Positions 42,566-50,614 of a DNA stretch of 64,000 bases are shown here, one piece after another. Both the position numbers and the translations under genes were made by a program. The notes under the pieces were generated by a model. The model was given only the letters and a program-made list of their open reading frames with translations. It was not told where the DNA came from and ran no database searches. The DNA is from Candidatus Limnocylindrales bacterium (lineage in GTDB: Bacteria > Moduliflexota > Moduliflexia > Moduliflexales > JAUQPW01): positions 1 through 64,000 of the forward strand of contig DATMBG010000042.1 in assembly GCA_035559535.1 (NCBI GenBank), written 5' to 3'. Each line of letters starts with the position of its first letter. Within the stretch, counting starts at the first letter, position 1.

Positions 42566-43150
42566 ATGGGGTATTCGTTTAATAAAATGACCGATGAAGA
42601 GCTCATGGCTCAAGTTCAGAGGGGGGATCAGGCTGCCTTTGAGGAATTATTCAAACGCTACGATCGAAAAATCTTCAATTACTTCCTTCGTTACCTGGGA
42701 GATGAAGAGTTGGCTAAAGACCTTTTTCAAGAAACCTTCCTCCGGGTGTTTCAATTCAGCAAGTCCTATAAGCCGACCACTCACAGTGGACGTTCCTCTT
42801 CTTTTGCAGCCTGGCTCTATACCGTTGCCCGGAATGTGTATAGAAAACAATGGGGACGAGAACCGGTTGAGGGGCGTATGGGAGAGTCCACGTGGGAGAT
42901 GTTAGAAGAAGTTCCAACCCCTAACGCCACGCCTCAGCAGGCAAGGGCCGATCAGGAATTGGTGGAAAAGATCAAACAGGCCCTGGACGCCCTTCCTGAA
43001 AGCCAGCGGGAGGTGGTGATCCTTCATAAGTATCAGGGACTCAGTTATCCTCAAATCGCTCAAGTCCTGGGATGCTCGATAAGTTCTGTGAAGCAAAGGG
43101 CTTTCAGAGCCTATCAGAGCCTCAGGCAGCAATTAGCCGAATATGCCTAA
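42566..43150 (+). CDS. ECF RNA polymerase sigma factor
   Basis: TDEELM, GDQAAFEEL, DLFQETFL, FAAWLYTVARN, LPESQREVV..GLSYPQIA. Confidence 0.93.
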   Translation: MGYSFNKMTDEELMAQVQRGDQAAFEELFKRYDRKIFNYFLRYLGDEELAKDLFQETFLRVFQFSKSYKPTTHSGRSSSFAAWLYTVARNVYRKQWGREPVEGRMGESTWEMLEEVPTPNATPQQARADQELVEKIKQALDALPESQREVVILHKYQGLSYPQIAQVLGCSISSVKQRAFRAYQSLRQQLAEYA

Positions 43151-44084
43151 AGAAGAAGGTGAAACGAACATGTGTAACTCCATTGTTGAACAACTGCCCG
43201 CTTATATCGCCGGGGAGCTGGGGGCTGAAGAGAGGGGAGAAGTAGAAAGACATCTGGCTCACTGCGTCTCCTGCACTTCAGAGCTTAAAGCCTTTCAGAG
43301 AACCTGGGATCTGCTGGATCAATGGGAGGATGTGGTCCCATCTCAGGAGCTTCGGAACAGTGTCCTGGCTCAAGTTCAGAAATTAACCGATGCCAAAAGG
43401 ACCAGAAGAGTCGATGGGTGGAGGTACTTTAAAGGCTTTTCCCACATTGTGTATGGCACCTTGACAGCCGTCCTTTCTGTGTTGCTTCTGGTTAGTAAGG
43501 GCGACCCGGCGGGTCGCCCCTACACAGAACCGTTAACCCTTGAGTTTATTCTGGGCTTTAGTGTACTCTGGACCGGCCTTTATATCCTGGCTTTCTGGTT
43601 GGCCGCCGGGAGGGGAGATCCGACAGTTTCACCTGTAAACTTCGATAAAGTCTTTGGACCTGTAGACTTAGCCCGTATTACCTATGTAGGATTGGTTGCC
43701 ATTGTCATTTCCCTGGTTATCTCCTGGCTGGTTCCCATCCACAGTGTCGTAAAATTCTGTCTAACCCAACCCGGCTTGCAGGGGATCAAGGATAAAATCT
43801 CCATAACCGGGTTCTATTTTCTGTTTGGAGGATTGTATGCCTGGATTCCCTTGCTGATGGTAGCTTCCTTTGAAGGAAGAAAAGTCTCTGGGAGCCCTGT
43901 CAGCTACGGGGTATTAACCGGGGTTATCTTTGTGCTCTTAATGGTACCGGGAATTTTCCTTCAATGTGGCTCTTTAACCCTGGGTATGCTGGTAAGTTGG
44001 ATCTTAGGGACGGCATTGGGATCCATGGCCGGGGGTGTTACCGGCTATTGGATCGCGTTCCGGACCCGGGAGGTTTCCTTATGA
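43143..44084 (+). CDS. Zinc-binding (zf-HC2/ZAS) anti-sigma factor with multi-pass membrane domain
   Basis: HLAHCVSC (HxxxCxxC); overlaps the ECF stop codon; about 6 TM helices with two loop Cys. Confidence 0.82.
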   Translation: MPKEEGETNMCNSIVEQLPAYIAGELGAEERGEVERHLAHCVSCTSELKAFQRTWDLLDQWEDVVPSQELRNSVLAQVQKLTDAKRTRRVDGWRYFKGFSHIVYGTLTAVLSVLLLVSKGDPAGRPYTEPLTLEFILGFSVLWTGLYILAFWLAAGRGDPTVSPVNFDKVFGPVDLARITYVGLVAIVISLVISWLVPIHSVVKFCLTQPGLQGIKDKISITGFYFLFGGLYAWIPLLMVASFEGRKVSGSPVSYGVLTGVIFVLLMVPGIFLQCGSLTLGMLVSWILGTALGSMAGGVTGYWIAFRTREVSL

Positions 44085-44320
44085 CCGAACAAACCTGTAA
44101 TCGGCTCATGAAAACAGGAATGATTGGAGCCATCCTTGCGGCTATCTGCTGTTTTACCCCGGTTTTGGTTATCTTACTGGGCTTGGTGGGACTCAGTACC
44201 GTAGTAGGCTACCTGGACTATGTTCTCATTCCGGCCCTGGGAGCATTTGTGATTCTGGCCGCGTATGCGGTCATTAAAAAGAGACAGTTAGCCTGTTCCG
44301 ATATTCCTAAGGAGGTTTAG
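44081..44320 (+). CDS. merF: MerF mercury transporter
   Basis: GAILAAICCFTPVLVILLGLVGLS..GYLDYVLIPAL; start ATG 44081. Confidence 0.9.
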   Translation: MTEQTCNRLMKTGMIGAILAAICCFTPVLVILLGLVGLSTVVGYLDYVLIPALGAFVILAAYAVIKKRQLACSDIPKEV

Positions 44321-44323
44321 CCG

Positions 44324-45157
44324 ATGAAAACGATTACGACTTTTTCAGCTTTGATTCTCTTTTTAATAGGATCCTTTGTTTTACAGAATATGGTTGCAGC
44401 GGACGTCCCGCTTCAAAAAACAGTTCTCAAAATCCAAGGCATGGTCTGCGAAGCATGTCCGCCCAAGATTAAAAAAGCCCTGGAAGGGTTAGATGGCGTG
44501 AAGAAAGTAGAGGTTAGCCTGGAGAAGGCCGAAGCCTATGTGGAATCGGAACCGGGAAAAGTTACCACCGAACAGATGATACAGGCAGTGGACCAGGCCG
44601 GATTTAAAGCTTCTCCGGCAGCAGAGAATTTTTCAGAGATAACCTTGAAGGTGGAGAATATCAAAGGACCCGAAGATGAGCTTAAGATCAAGCCGGCCTT
44701 GGAGAAGATAGAAGGGGTGAGAAAGGCTTTAGTCGATGCCGAGAAAAAAGAGGTGTTTATAGACTATCTAAAGGATAAGGTAACGGTTCAACAGCTCACC
44801 CAGTCTTTAACCAAGCTAGGCTATCCCCCTCTTTCCCCCTTAACGACCCAGGTAGGGGATTTCCTGGTAACCTTACAGATCCATCCAAAACCTATCAAAG
44901 ACCAGGAAGTCCATTTTGACGTAATCTTACAGAGCTCTGATGGGAAACCTGTCTCCGATGCAGAGGTTCAAGTGGATTTGAGTATGCCCGGGATGACCAT
45001 GGGGGAGATGCGATTTAAAGCGGAACCCGCCGGAGAGGGACGGTATACAGGAAAAGGGAAGTTTTCCATGGAGGGCAAATGGAGAATTGCCATCCGAATT
45101 AATCAAGGGGGACAGAAAAAAATCGCCAACTTCGATATGGAGGTTCCTGAGCAGTAG
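44324..45157 (+). CDS. Exported MerP-like HMA protein: HMA (GMVCEAC), Cys-less HMA and YtkA/FixH-like domain
   Basis: Signal peptide; GMxCxxC; second ferredoxin-like repeat with GPED; LSMPGMTMG...GRYTG..FSMEGKW. Confidence 0.82.
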   Translation: MKTITTFSALILFLIGSFVLQNMVAADVPLQKTVLKIQGMVCEACPPKIKKALEGLDGVKKVEVSLEKAEAYVESEPGKVTTEQMIQAVDQAGFKASPAAENFSEITLKVENIKGPEDELKIKPALEKIEGVRKALVDAEKKEVFIDYLKDKVTVQQLTQSLTKLGYPPLSPLTTQVGDFLVTLQIHPKPIKDQEVHFDVILQSSDGKPVSDAEVQVDLSMPGMTMGEMRFKAEPAGEGRYTGKGKFSMEGKWRIAIRINQGGQKKIANFDMEVPEQ

Positions 45158-45210
45158 GGGGTAGGGCGTTGGCCCGTTGGCCGGCAAATACCCAAAAAGG
45201 GGGTGTTCCC

Positions 45211-45735
45211 ATGAAAGATTTAAAAAAAATTTTATTAAGCCTTTTATTAACCTTTACTCTCATAGCTGCCTTCCTTCCTAAGGCAACTGTTGCCGAAATT
45301 GAAAAGGCTGTTATTAAAGTCAAGGGAACTTTGAGGTGTGTATTCTGAGCTTATGGGATTGACAAATCCGTGGGACGCCTGGAAGGCGTCAAGAAATCTG
45401 AGACCGATTGGAAAGCCGGTTTAACCGTGGTTACCTTCAAGGAAGGGGCCTCGTTGGATCCCAATCAACTGGCAAAAGCCATGGACGCAGCCGGATTTGG
45501 AGCGGATGAGATTACCCTTATCGCCAGGGGAAGCCTGACCGAAGAGAAAGGCTATCCGGCCTTTAAGGTCAGTGGCAGTAATCAAATTTTTCTGCTGGCA
45601 GAGAACGAAGTCCTCAACCAACTTAAAGCCTTGGGCTCCGGGAAAGAAGCAACAATCACAGCCAAAGTGGAGATGAAAGAAGAGGGGACTCCATTTACCC
45701 TGATCCTTGAAAAGGTTGAGTCGCCTACCCTGTAG
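45211..45735 (+). CDS. Exported HMA domain protein; candidate selenoprotein (CVFU, U46)
   Basis: ATG 45211 with signal peptide reads ...VKGTLRCVF*AYGIDKSVGRLEGV; TGA 45346-45348 is in frame with ORF 45370-45735 and aligns with Cys in in-window paralog 58613 (PYCAYGLEK). Confidence 0.85.
45349..45390 (+). promoter_or_regulatory. Candidate SECIS hairpin(s)
   Basis: GGATT-GACA-AATCC, then perfect GACGCCT-GGA-AGGCGTC after the UGA. Confidence 0.5.
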
Positions 45736-45821
45736 GTTGAATTTTGTCTGTTATCCCTGGTCGATTGTCCGGGGTTAAAGGCAAAGAACAAAAAACAACG
45801 GACAACAGACCAGGTTGAGTA

Positions 45822-46883
45822 ATGGGAGAGTTTCTTAAAGAAGTTCTAATATTTATCTATGCCACAGCTAACCATACCTTTTTAATGATGTATTGGGTTT
45901 GGCTTCCGGCTTTTCTCCTCTCCGGCTACCTGTTCACCCGATGGCATCGGGATCCGGTTGATAAGATTCTGCAGGATCGGACCTTGACCTTTAACTCTCT
46001 TTTGCAGGCTGTCAAGTTAGGTGCCTCTTATTCCACGGACCGTCGTAAGGGGCTGGCGGCTGTTGTGGGTTTATTTGAAAAAGGGGTGGTCCCTTTTCCC
46101 CTGATTTTCGCGTTCTGGCTCGCAAGCCAGCACCTGATTCTTTATTCCCTCTCCTTTTTCATGGCCCTGGTTGGAGGCGAGTTCTTTGTGGGACCTGCCG
46201 TGGCCGCGTTGGCTATGATAAGCTTGACAACCCTTTTCTTGAGCCAGATTCCCGAGAATACCTGGGAAGAGGCCAGGAAGCGGTTACGTATCTCCTCACC
46301 CTCCATCCCCCTCTCCCAAAGCTTTGGGAGAGGGGACATAAGGGGTGTGGGTAACCCTCTTCCACAAAGCTGGGGAGGATATTTTCGATATGTAGGCAGG
46401 GAGATCAAAGTGATCTGGAAGAACGTCATCTTGGGGATTATTCTGGCAGGGTTTATTGCGGCCGCCGGACGAACCGAATGGTGGATAGATTTCTCAACAG
46501 TGGGCGGTGGCGGAGTTTTCACGGAAATTTTAAACGTAATTCTCGGAGCGACTATTTCTCTGGTCATCCCCTTATCCCCGGTGGGACATCTCTTCGTAGC
46601 TGCTTTCCTTTGGAAAACCTATACCGTAACCTACGGAGGGATTTTGGGCTTTTTTCTGGCCAGCGCCCTGGACCTCAGAAATTTCTGGGCTTATGGGAAG
46701 CTCCTGGATCCCAAACTGGGGTTGACCGTGGAAGCTTTGGGATTTGCCTCGGCCATCCTGGGTGCTTTGGTCGTGGTGGTCCTGCTCCGGATCGTGGGAT
46801 TTGAAGTAACCCACGCTCCGTTGTTCCATGAGTACGTGGATAAGATCATGATGTTCTTCTCCCTGGGGGGAAAGATGATGTAA
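45822..46883 (+). CDS. Predicted permease (DUF318/ArsP-like architecture)
   Basis: Two TM bundles separated by a soluble loop; IWKNVILGIILAGFIAA, YGGILGF. Confidence 0.6.
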   Translation: MGEFLKEVLIFIYATANHTFLMMYWVWLPAFLLSGYLFTRWHRDPVDKILQDRTLTFNSLLQAVKLGASYSTDRRKGLAAVVGLFEKGVVPFPLIFAFWLASQHLILYSLSFFMALVGGEFFVGPAVAALAMISLTTLFLSQIPENTWEEARKRLRISSPSIPLSQSFGRGDIRGVGNPLPQSWGGYFRYVGREIKVIWKNVILGIILAGFIAAAGRTEWWIDFSTVGGGGVFTEILNVILGATISLVIPLSPVGHLFVAAFLWKTYTVTYGGILGFFLASALDLRNFWAYGKLLDPKLGLTVEALGFASAILGALVVVVLLRIVGFEVTHAPLFHEYVDKIMMFFSLGGKMM

Positions 46884-46899
46884 AAGGAGGTAAGGAAAA

Positions 46900-47811
46900 G
46901 TGAAAAAGGTTATGCTTTATATGGCTCTATCCAGCTTTTTAATCCTGGGAAGTGCTTTCTCAACCCCTCACCCCTTTGGTCCCCCTCTCCCAAAGCTCTG
47001 GGAGAGGGGGAAGGGGGTGAGGGCTGCCACCCCAGATTGCCGAATTGCCTTCCATACCAAGAGGGGAGAGAAAGAATTTAGAATTTCTACCATTCGAATA
47101 GACGGAACAGATATAAAGGACCTGACCTCGGGCCACTGGGACAGTAATCCCTGGTTTTCTCCGGATGGAAAGCAAATCGTCTTTGACCGGGATGAGGAGA
47201 TTTATATCGCGAACACCGATGGAAGTGAGCCGAGAAATCTGACCCATAACCCAAAAGCTAACTCCTGCCCGACCATCGCTGGAGGTAAGGTCGCTTTCCA
47301 GACGAACCGGGATGGGAATTTTGCGATCTATGTGGTGAATACGGATGGAACCGGACTGCAACGATTGACCCAGGAACCATCTAACAATGCCTGTCCGGCC
47401 TTCTCTTCCGATGGAAAGCGACTCGCTTTTGTCTCGGATCGGAACGGCCCCATGGAGATCTACGTAATGAATATTGACGGAACCGGACTCAAACGGCTCA
47501 CTTCTAACGCTGGAAATAACATGGATCCCGCCTTCTCCCCCGATGGGAAAAAGATCGTCTTTACTTCGGACCGAGATGGAAACTTTGAGATCTACCTCAT
47601 GGACAGCGACGGCCATAATCAAACCCGGCTTACCTATAACAATACGTCCGATATCCAACCTGCTTTCTCTCCCGATGGGAAACAGATTGCCTATGAGCGG
47701 GGTGGCAATATTTATGTGATGGACCTTGAGAAACGAGAAGAAAGGCCACTGACCCAGGGAGCTGTATACCGGGGCGGTCCTTCCTGGGATCCTAACTGTG
47801 TTTCTGAATAA
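46900..47811 (+). CDS. Exported TolB-like PD40 beta-propeller protein
   Basis: Repeated PAFSPDGKxIxFxSDRDGNFEIYxM motifs; signal peptide. Confidence 0.88.
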   Translation: MKKVMLYMALSSFLILGSAFSTPHPFGPPLPKLWERGKGVRAATPDCRIAFHTKRGEKEFRISTIRIDGTDIKDLTSGHWDSNPWFSPDGKQIVFDRDEEIYIANTDGSEPRNLTHNPKANSCPTIAGGKVAFQTNRDGNFAIYVVNTDGTGLQRLTQEPSNNACPAFSSDGKRLAFVSDRNGPMEIYVMNIDGTGLKRLTSNAGNNMDPAFSPDGKKIVFTSDRDGNFEIYLMDSDGHNQTRLTYNNTSDIQPAFSPDGKQIAYERGGNIYVMDLEKREERPLTQGAVYRGGPSWDPNCVSE

Positions 47812-47827
47812 GGAAGGATAGAGTGCT

Positions 47828-48436
47828 ATGAAAAGTTTTAACCTTTTTTCAACCCTTCGACCAGCCTGTCCTGAGCGAAGCCGAAGGGCTCAGGACGCAG
47901 CCTGGCTGAGTATAGCTCTAACGCTTTTGATCTCGCTGTTTTCTTTACACCCAAGTTCGGTTTATGCTGAGGACCTTCGGAAAGTGACCATCAAGGTAGG
48001 TTGGATGCTCTGTGAAAAGTGACCTCCGGCGGTGAAAGCAGCTTTGGAGAAGCTGGAAGGTGTAAAAAAAGTTGAGGTCAGTCTGGAGAAGGCTTCAGCT
48101 TATGTGGAGTATGAGGCTAGAAAGGTCACTCCGGATCAGATGGTAGCGGCAGTGAACCAGGCGGGATATATGGCGTTTCTTCCTCCCAAGGATCTGGTGG
48201 AGATCACGTTAGCCATCGAAGGTCTCAAGGGTCCTGAGGATGAGCTGAAAATCAAACCGGCCCTGGAGAAGGTGGATGGGATCAGGAAGGCTTTGGTGTA
48301 TACAAAGGAAAAGGAGGTCTATGTGGAATATATGAAAAATCAGATTACCCTTCAACGGATCACTGAAGAGATCTCGAAACTGGGCTATAAGGTGATCCTG
48401 CCTTCTGTTGAAGGGAAAGAAAGGTGCCAAAGATAA
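47828..48436 (+). CDS. Exported MerP-like tandem HMA protein; candidate selenoprotein (CEKU, U65)
   Basis: ORFs 47828-48022 and 48032-48436 are in frame; WMLCEK*PPAVKAALEKLEGVKKVEVSLEKA aligns with paralog 44324 GMVCEACPPKIKKALEGLDGVKKVEVSLEKA. Confidence 0.9.
48023..48055 (+). promoter_or_regulatory. Candidate SECIS hairpin
   Basis: CTCCGG..GAAA..TTGGAG stem-loop, or the alternative CAGCTT-TGGAG-AAGCTG. Confidence 0.45.
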
Positions 48437-48457
48437 AATTTAACGAAGGTTTGATTC

Positions 48458-48691
48458 ATGAAATCGACCCAGGAAAAGAGAACCCTGAAGGGATATTTGC
48501 TTTTGGTCACGGCTTTTATTACCTGTCCCTGCCATCTCCCTTTAACGTTGGTTTTACTAGGGGGAACAGCTTGGGGTGGGTTTATCGCAGCAAACCAGAC
48601 GCTAATTTTTGTTGTAGCTCTGGTTTATTTCCTTTTTGCATTAGTTTTTGGTTTGAAAATCCTTAGCAAAGAAGTGGAGGATCGGTCATGA
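48458..48691 (+). CDS. merE: MerE-like mercury/methylmercury transporter
   Basis: GYLLLVTAFITCPCHLPL..LLGGTAWG, the MerE CPCHLP signature. Confidence 0.85.
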   Translation: MKSTQEKRTLKGYLLLVTAFITCPCHLPLTLVLLGGTAWGGFIAANQTLIFVVALVYFLFALVFGLKILSKEVEDRS

Positions 48692-48785
48692 GTTCCTAGT
48701 CCCTAGTCCTTTGCCTATAGTCCACACTCAGGTGAAGGACAAGGCATGAAGAACCCAAGTCGATCTCTAAAAGGAGGGTATTCAC

Positions 48786-49025
48786 GTGACGTCTAAAAAA
48801 GTCATTGTCTATAGTTCCACCGGTTGAGCCGCTTGTAAGCAGACGAAAGAGTTTCTTTCGCAAAAAGGGGTTGCGTTCACGGACATTAACGTTAGCGAGA
48901 ATCCGGAAGCTCTGGATGAAATGGTTCAGAAGGCTGGAGGAACCATGGCAACGCCTACGGTCCTCATCGGGGATGAGGTGGTCATAGGATTTAATCCCAA
49001 ACGATTGATGGAGCTTTTGGCTTAG
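48786..49025 (+). CDS. Glutaredoxin/NrdH-like protein; candidate selenoprotein (UAAC, U14); missing from the ORF track
   Basis: AAGGAGG SD, GTG start, MTSKKVIVYSSTG*AACKQTKEFLSQKGVAFTDINV...ATPTVLIGDEVVIGFNP; TGA 48825-48827. Confidence 0.9.
48844..48860 (+). promoter_or_regulatory. Candidate SECIS hairpin of the glutaredoxin
   Basis: Perfect CGAAAGA-GTT-TCTTTCG; loop G is 23 nt after the UGA. Confidence 0.55.
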
Positions 49026-49102
49026 GTGGCTTGTTGGTTAGGTCGTCAGGTTGGTCACCAGTAACCTGACGACCTGGCTACCCAAGCAAAGGAGGTCATT
49101 CT

Positions 49103-49762
49103 TTGAAAGCAGGAAAATTTAGTCTACTATCTACGCTGATGGCATTGATTTGTTGTTTTGGCCCTATAGCCCTATTGGCTATAGGGCTGGGAAGTGCCGG
49201 ATTAACCGTTGGCTTGTTAAAATATAAAAGGGTTTTTCTCTCTCTAGGTCTAACAGCTTTGGCTTTTTCCTATTATCTATACTTTCGAGAGAAGACCCGC
49301 TGTACCACCCAGGGATGCCAGATGGTCAACACGAGGTTTAACAAGGCCTTGTTGATCTTTTCAACCCTCACGGTCCTGACCTTTGTGGTTTTTTCTTATC
49401 TCCCTTACTCCCATGCCAATCATCCGTCATCGGACCAGGCAGCTTTGGTTGCCGCCGCTTCTACGCCTCAAGTGCTCTATTTTTGGGAACCCTGTCCCAC
49501 CTGCGCAGTCTTAAACCCCCTTGTAGAAAGCCTGGAGAAAACCTACCAGGGAAAAGTACGCTTCCGGTGGGTCAATATGATCACAGATGATGACTCGCTC
49601 CGGCTGGCCCGGCAGGAAAATCTAAAGGCAATTCCTTATCTGGTCTTTAAATCCGCGGATGGGCAGCCGGTGGACTATATCGTTGGTTTTTTTACTTACG
49701 AAACAGCCAAAGAGAAGATTGAAAATCTTTTAAAAAACAGAAAGCAAGATCAGAGAGGTTGA
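49103..49762 (+). CDS. MerT-like transporter fused to a thioredoxin domain
   Basis: ICCFGPIALLAIG, loop CTTQGC, three TMs, then WEPCPTC...AIP thioredoxin fold. Confidence 0.8.
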   Translation: MKAGKFSLLSTLMALICCFGPIALLAIGLGSAGLTVGLLKYKRVFLSLGLTALAFSYYLYFREKTRCTTQGCQMVNTRFNKALLIFSTLTVLTFVVFSYLPYSHANHPSSDQAALVAAASTPQVLYFWEPCPTCAVLNPLVESLEKTYQGKVRFRWVNMITDDDSLRLARQENLKAIPYLVFKSADGQPVDYIVGFFTYETAKEKIENLLKNRKQDQRG

Positions 49763-49842
49763 CGGTTAGAGAGGAAACGCAGTTATTCTCTCATCGCAAC
49801 CTATCTGAATAATCCAATAACAGCTAAGGAGGGATTAAGAAT

Positions 49843-50433
49843 ATGAGAAATCGGCCAAAACAAACCTTCGTTCCATGGGCAGTCCGCGTCATCCTGGGAA
49901 GTTTTATTCTTTTCATTTTGATGCTCTGGTTTGTAGTAAAACCTGGAGAGGCTGAGAATCAGGCTTTAAAAGCCCTTGGGGGATCAGAGGTTAAGGAAGC
50001 TCTAGAAGCCCCGGATTTTATCATACAAACTCCAGATGGAAAAGCGCTTCACCTGAAGGATTATCGGGGCAAGGCCATTCTCCTCAACTTTTGGGCGACC
50101 TGGTGTGGCCCTTGTGCCAAGGAGCTTCCTAAAATGGCCAAGCTTTATGAGCAGTATAAGGATAAAGGGTTCGTTCTGATAGGGGTATCCCTGGATTTTG
50201 GGAATCCGGAGGTGGTCAAAGCATTTCTGGAAGAACGTGGATTAAATTTTCCGGTTGGCATCGATACAGAAAAGGAGGCGGTTAAAGCCTATGGAGTTCG
50301 CGGACTTCCCACCAGTTATTTTATCAATCCACAGGGGAAGGTGGTTGGATGGCTGACAGGAGAGAGGGACTGGGAGGGTGAGGCCGCCCATCATTTAATC
50401 AAGTCCTTGTTAGACCAAGCCCCTAAGGGGTAA
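49843..50433 (+). CDS. TlpA/ResA family membrane-anchored disulfide reductase
   Basis: APDF, LNFWATWCGPCAKELP, YGVRGLPTS. Confidence 0.92.
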   Translation: MRNRPKQTFVPWAVRVILGSFILFILMLWFVVKPGEAENQALKALGGSEVKEALEAPDFIIQTPDGKALHLKDYRGKAILLNFWATWCGPCAKELPKMAKLYEQYKDKGFVLIGVSLDFGNPEVVKAFLEERGLNFPVGIDTEKEAVKAYGVRGLPTSYFINPQGKVVGWLTGERDWEGEAAHHLIKSLLDQAPKG

Positions 50434-50447
50434 ACCTCTCAATTTTT

Positions 50448-50580
50448 GTAACTATTCAGGCCCTCACCCCTAACCCCTCTCCCGAGGCTTCGGGAGAGGG
50501 GGAACGAGGAGAAGAGATTCTAACCTCTTACCCTCTCCTACAGCGTGGGAGAGGGGCTGGGGGTGAGGGTGAACAGTTAC
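50448..50580. repeat. MITE-like GTAACTATTCA...TGAACAGTTAC element containing CCCTCTCCC/GGGAGAGGG palindromes
   Basis: Inverted termini; palindrome family also at 19659-19700, 46294-46351, 46964-47023, 60705-60786. Confidence 0.65.
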
Positions 50581-50614
50581 CAAATTTTAAACCTTAACTT
50601 TAGAGGAGGAGACC

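Noticed and set aside
48805-48987. ORF-track 60-aa ORF
   Set aside because: Shadow frame of the UxxC glutaredoxin at 48786-49025
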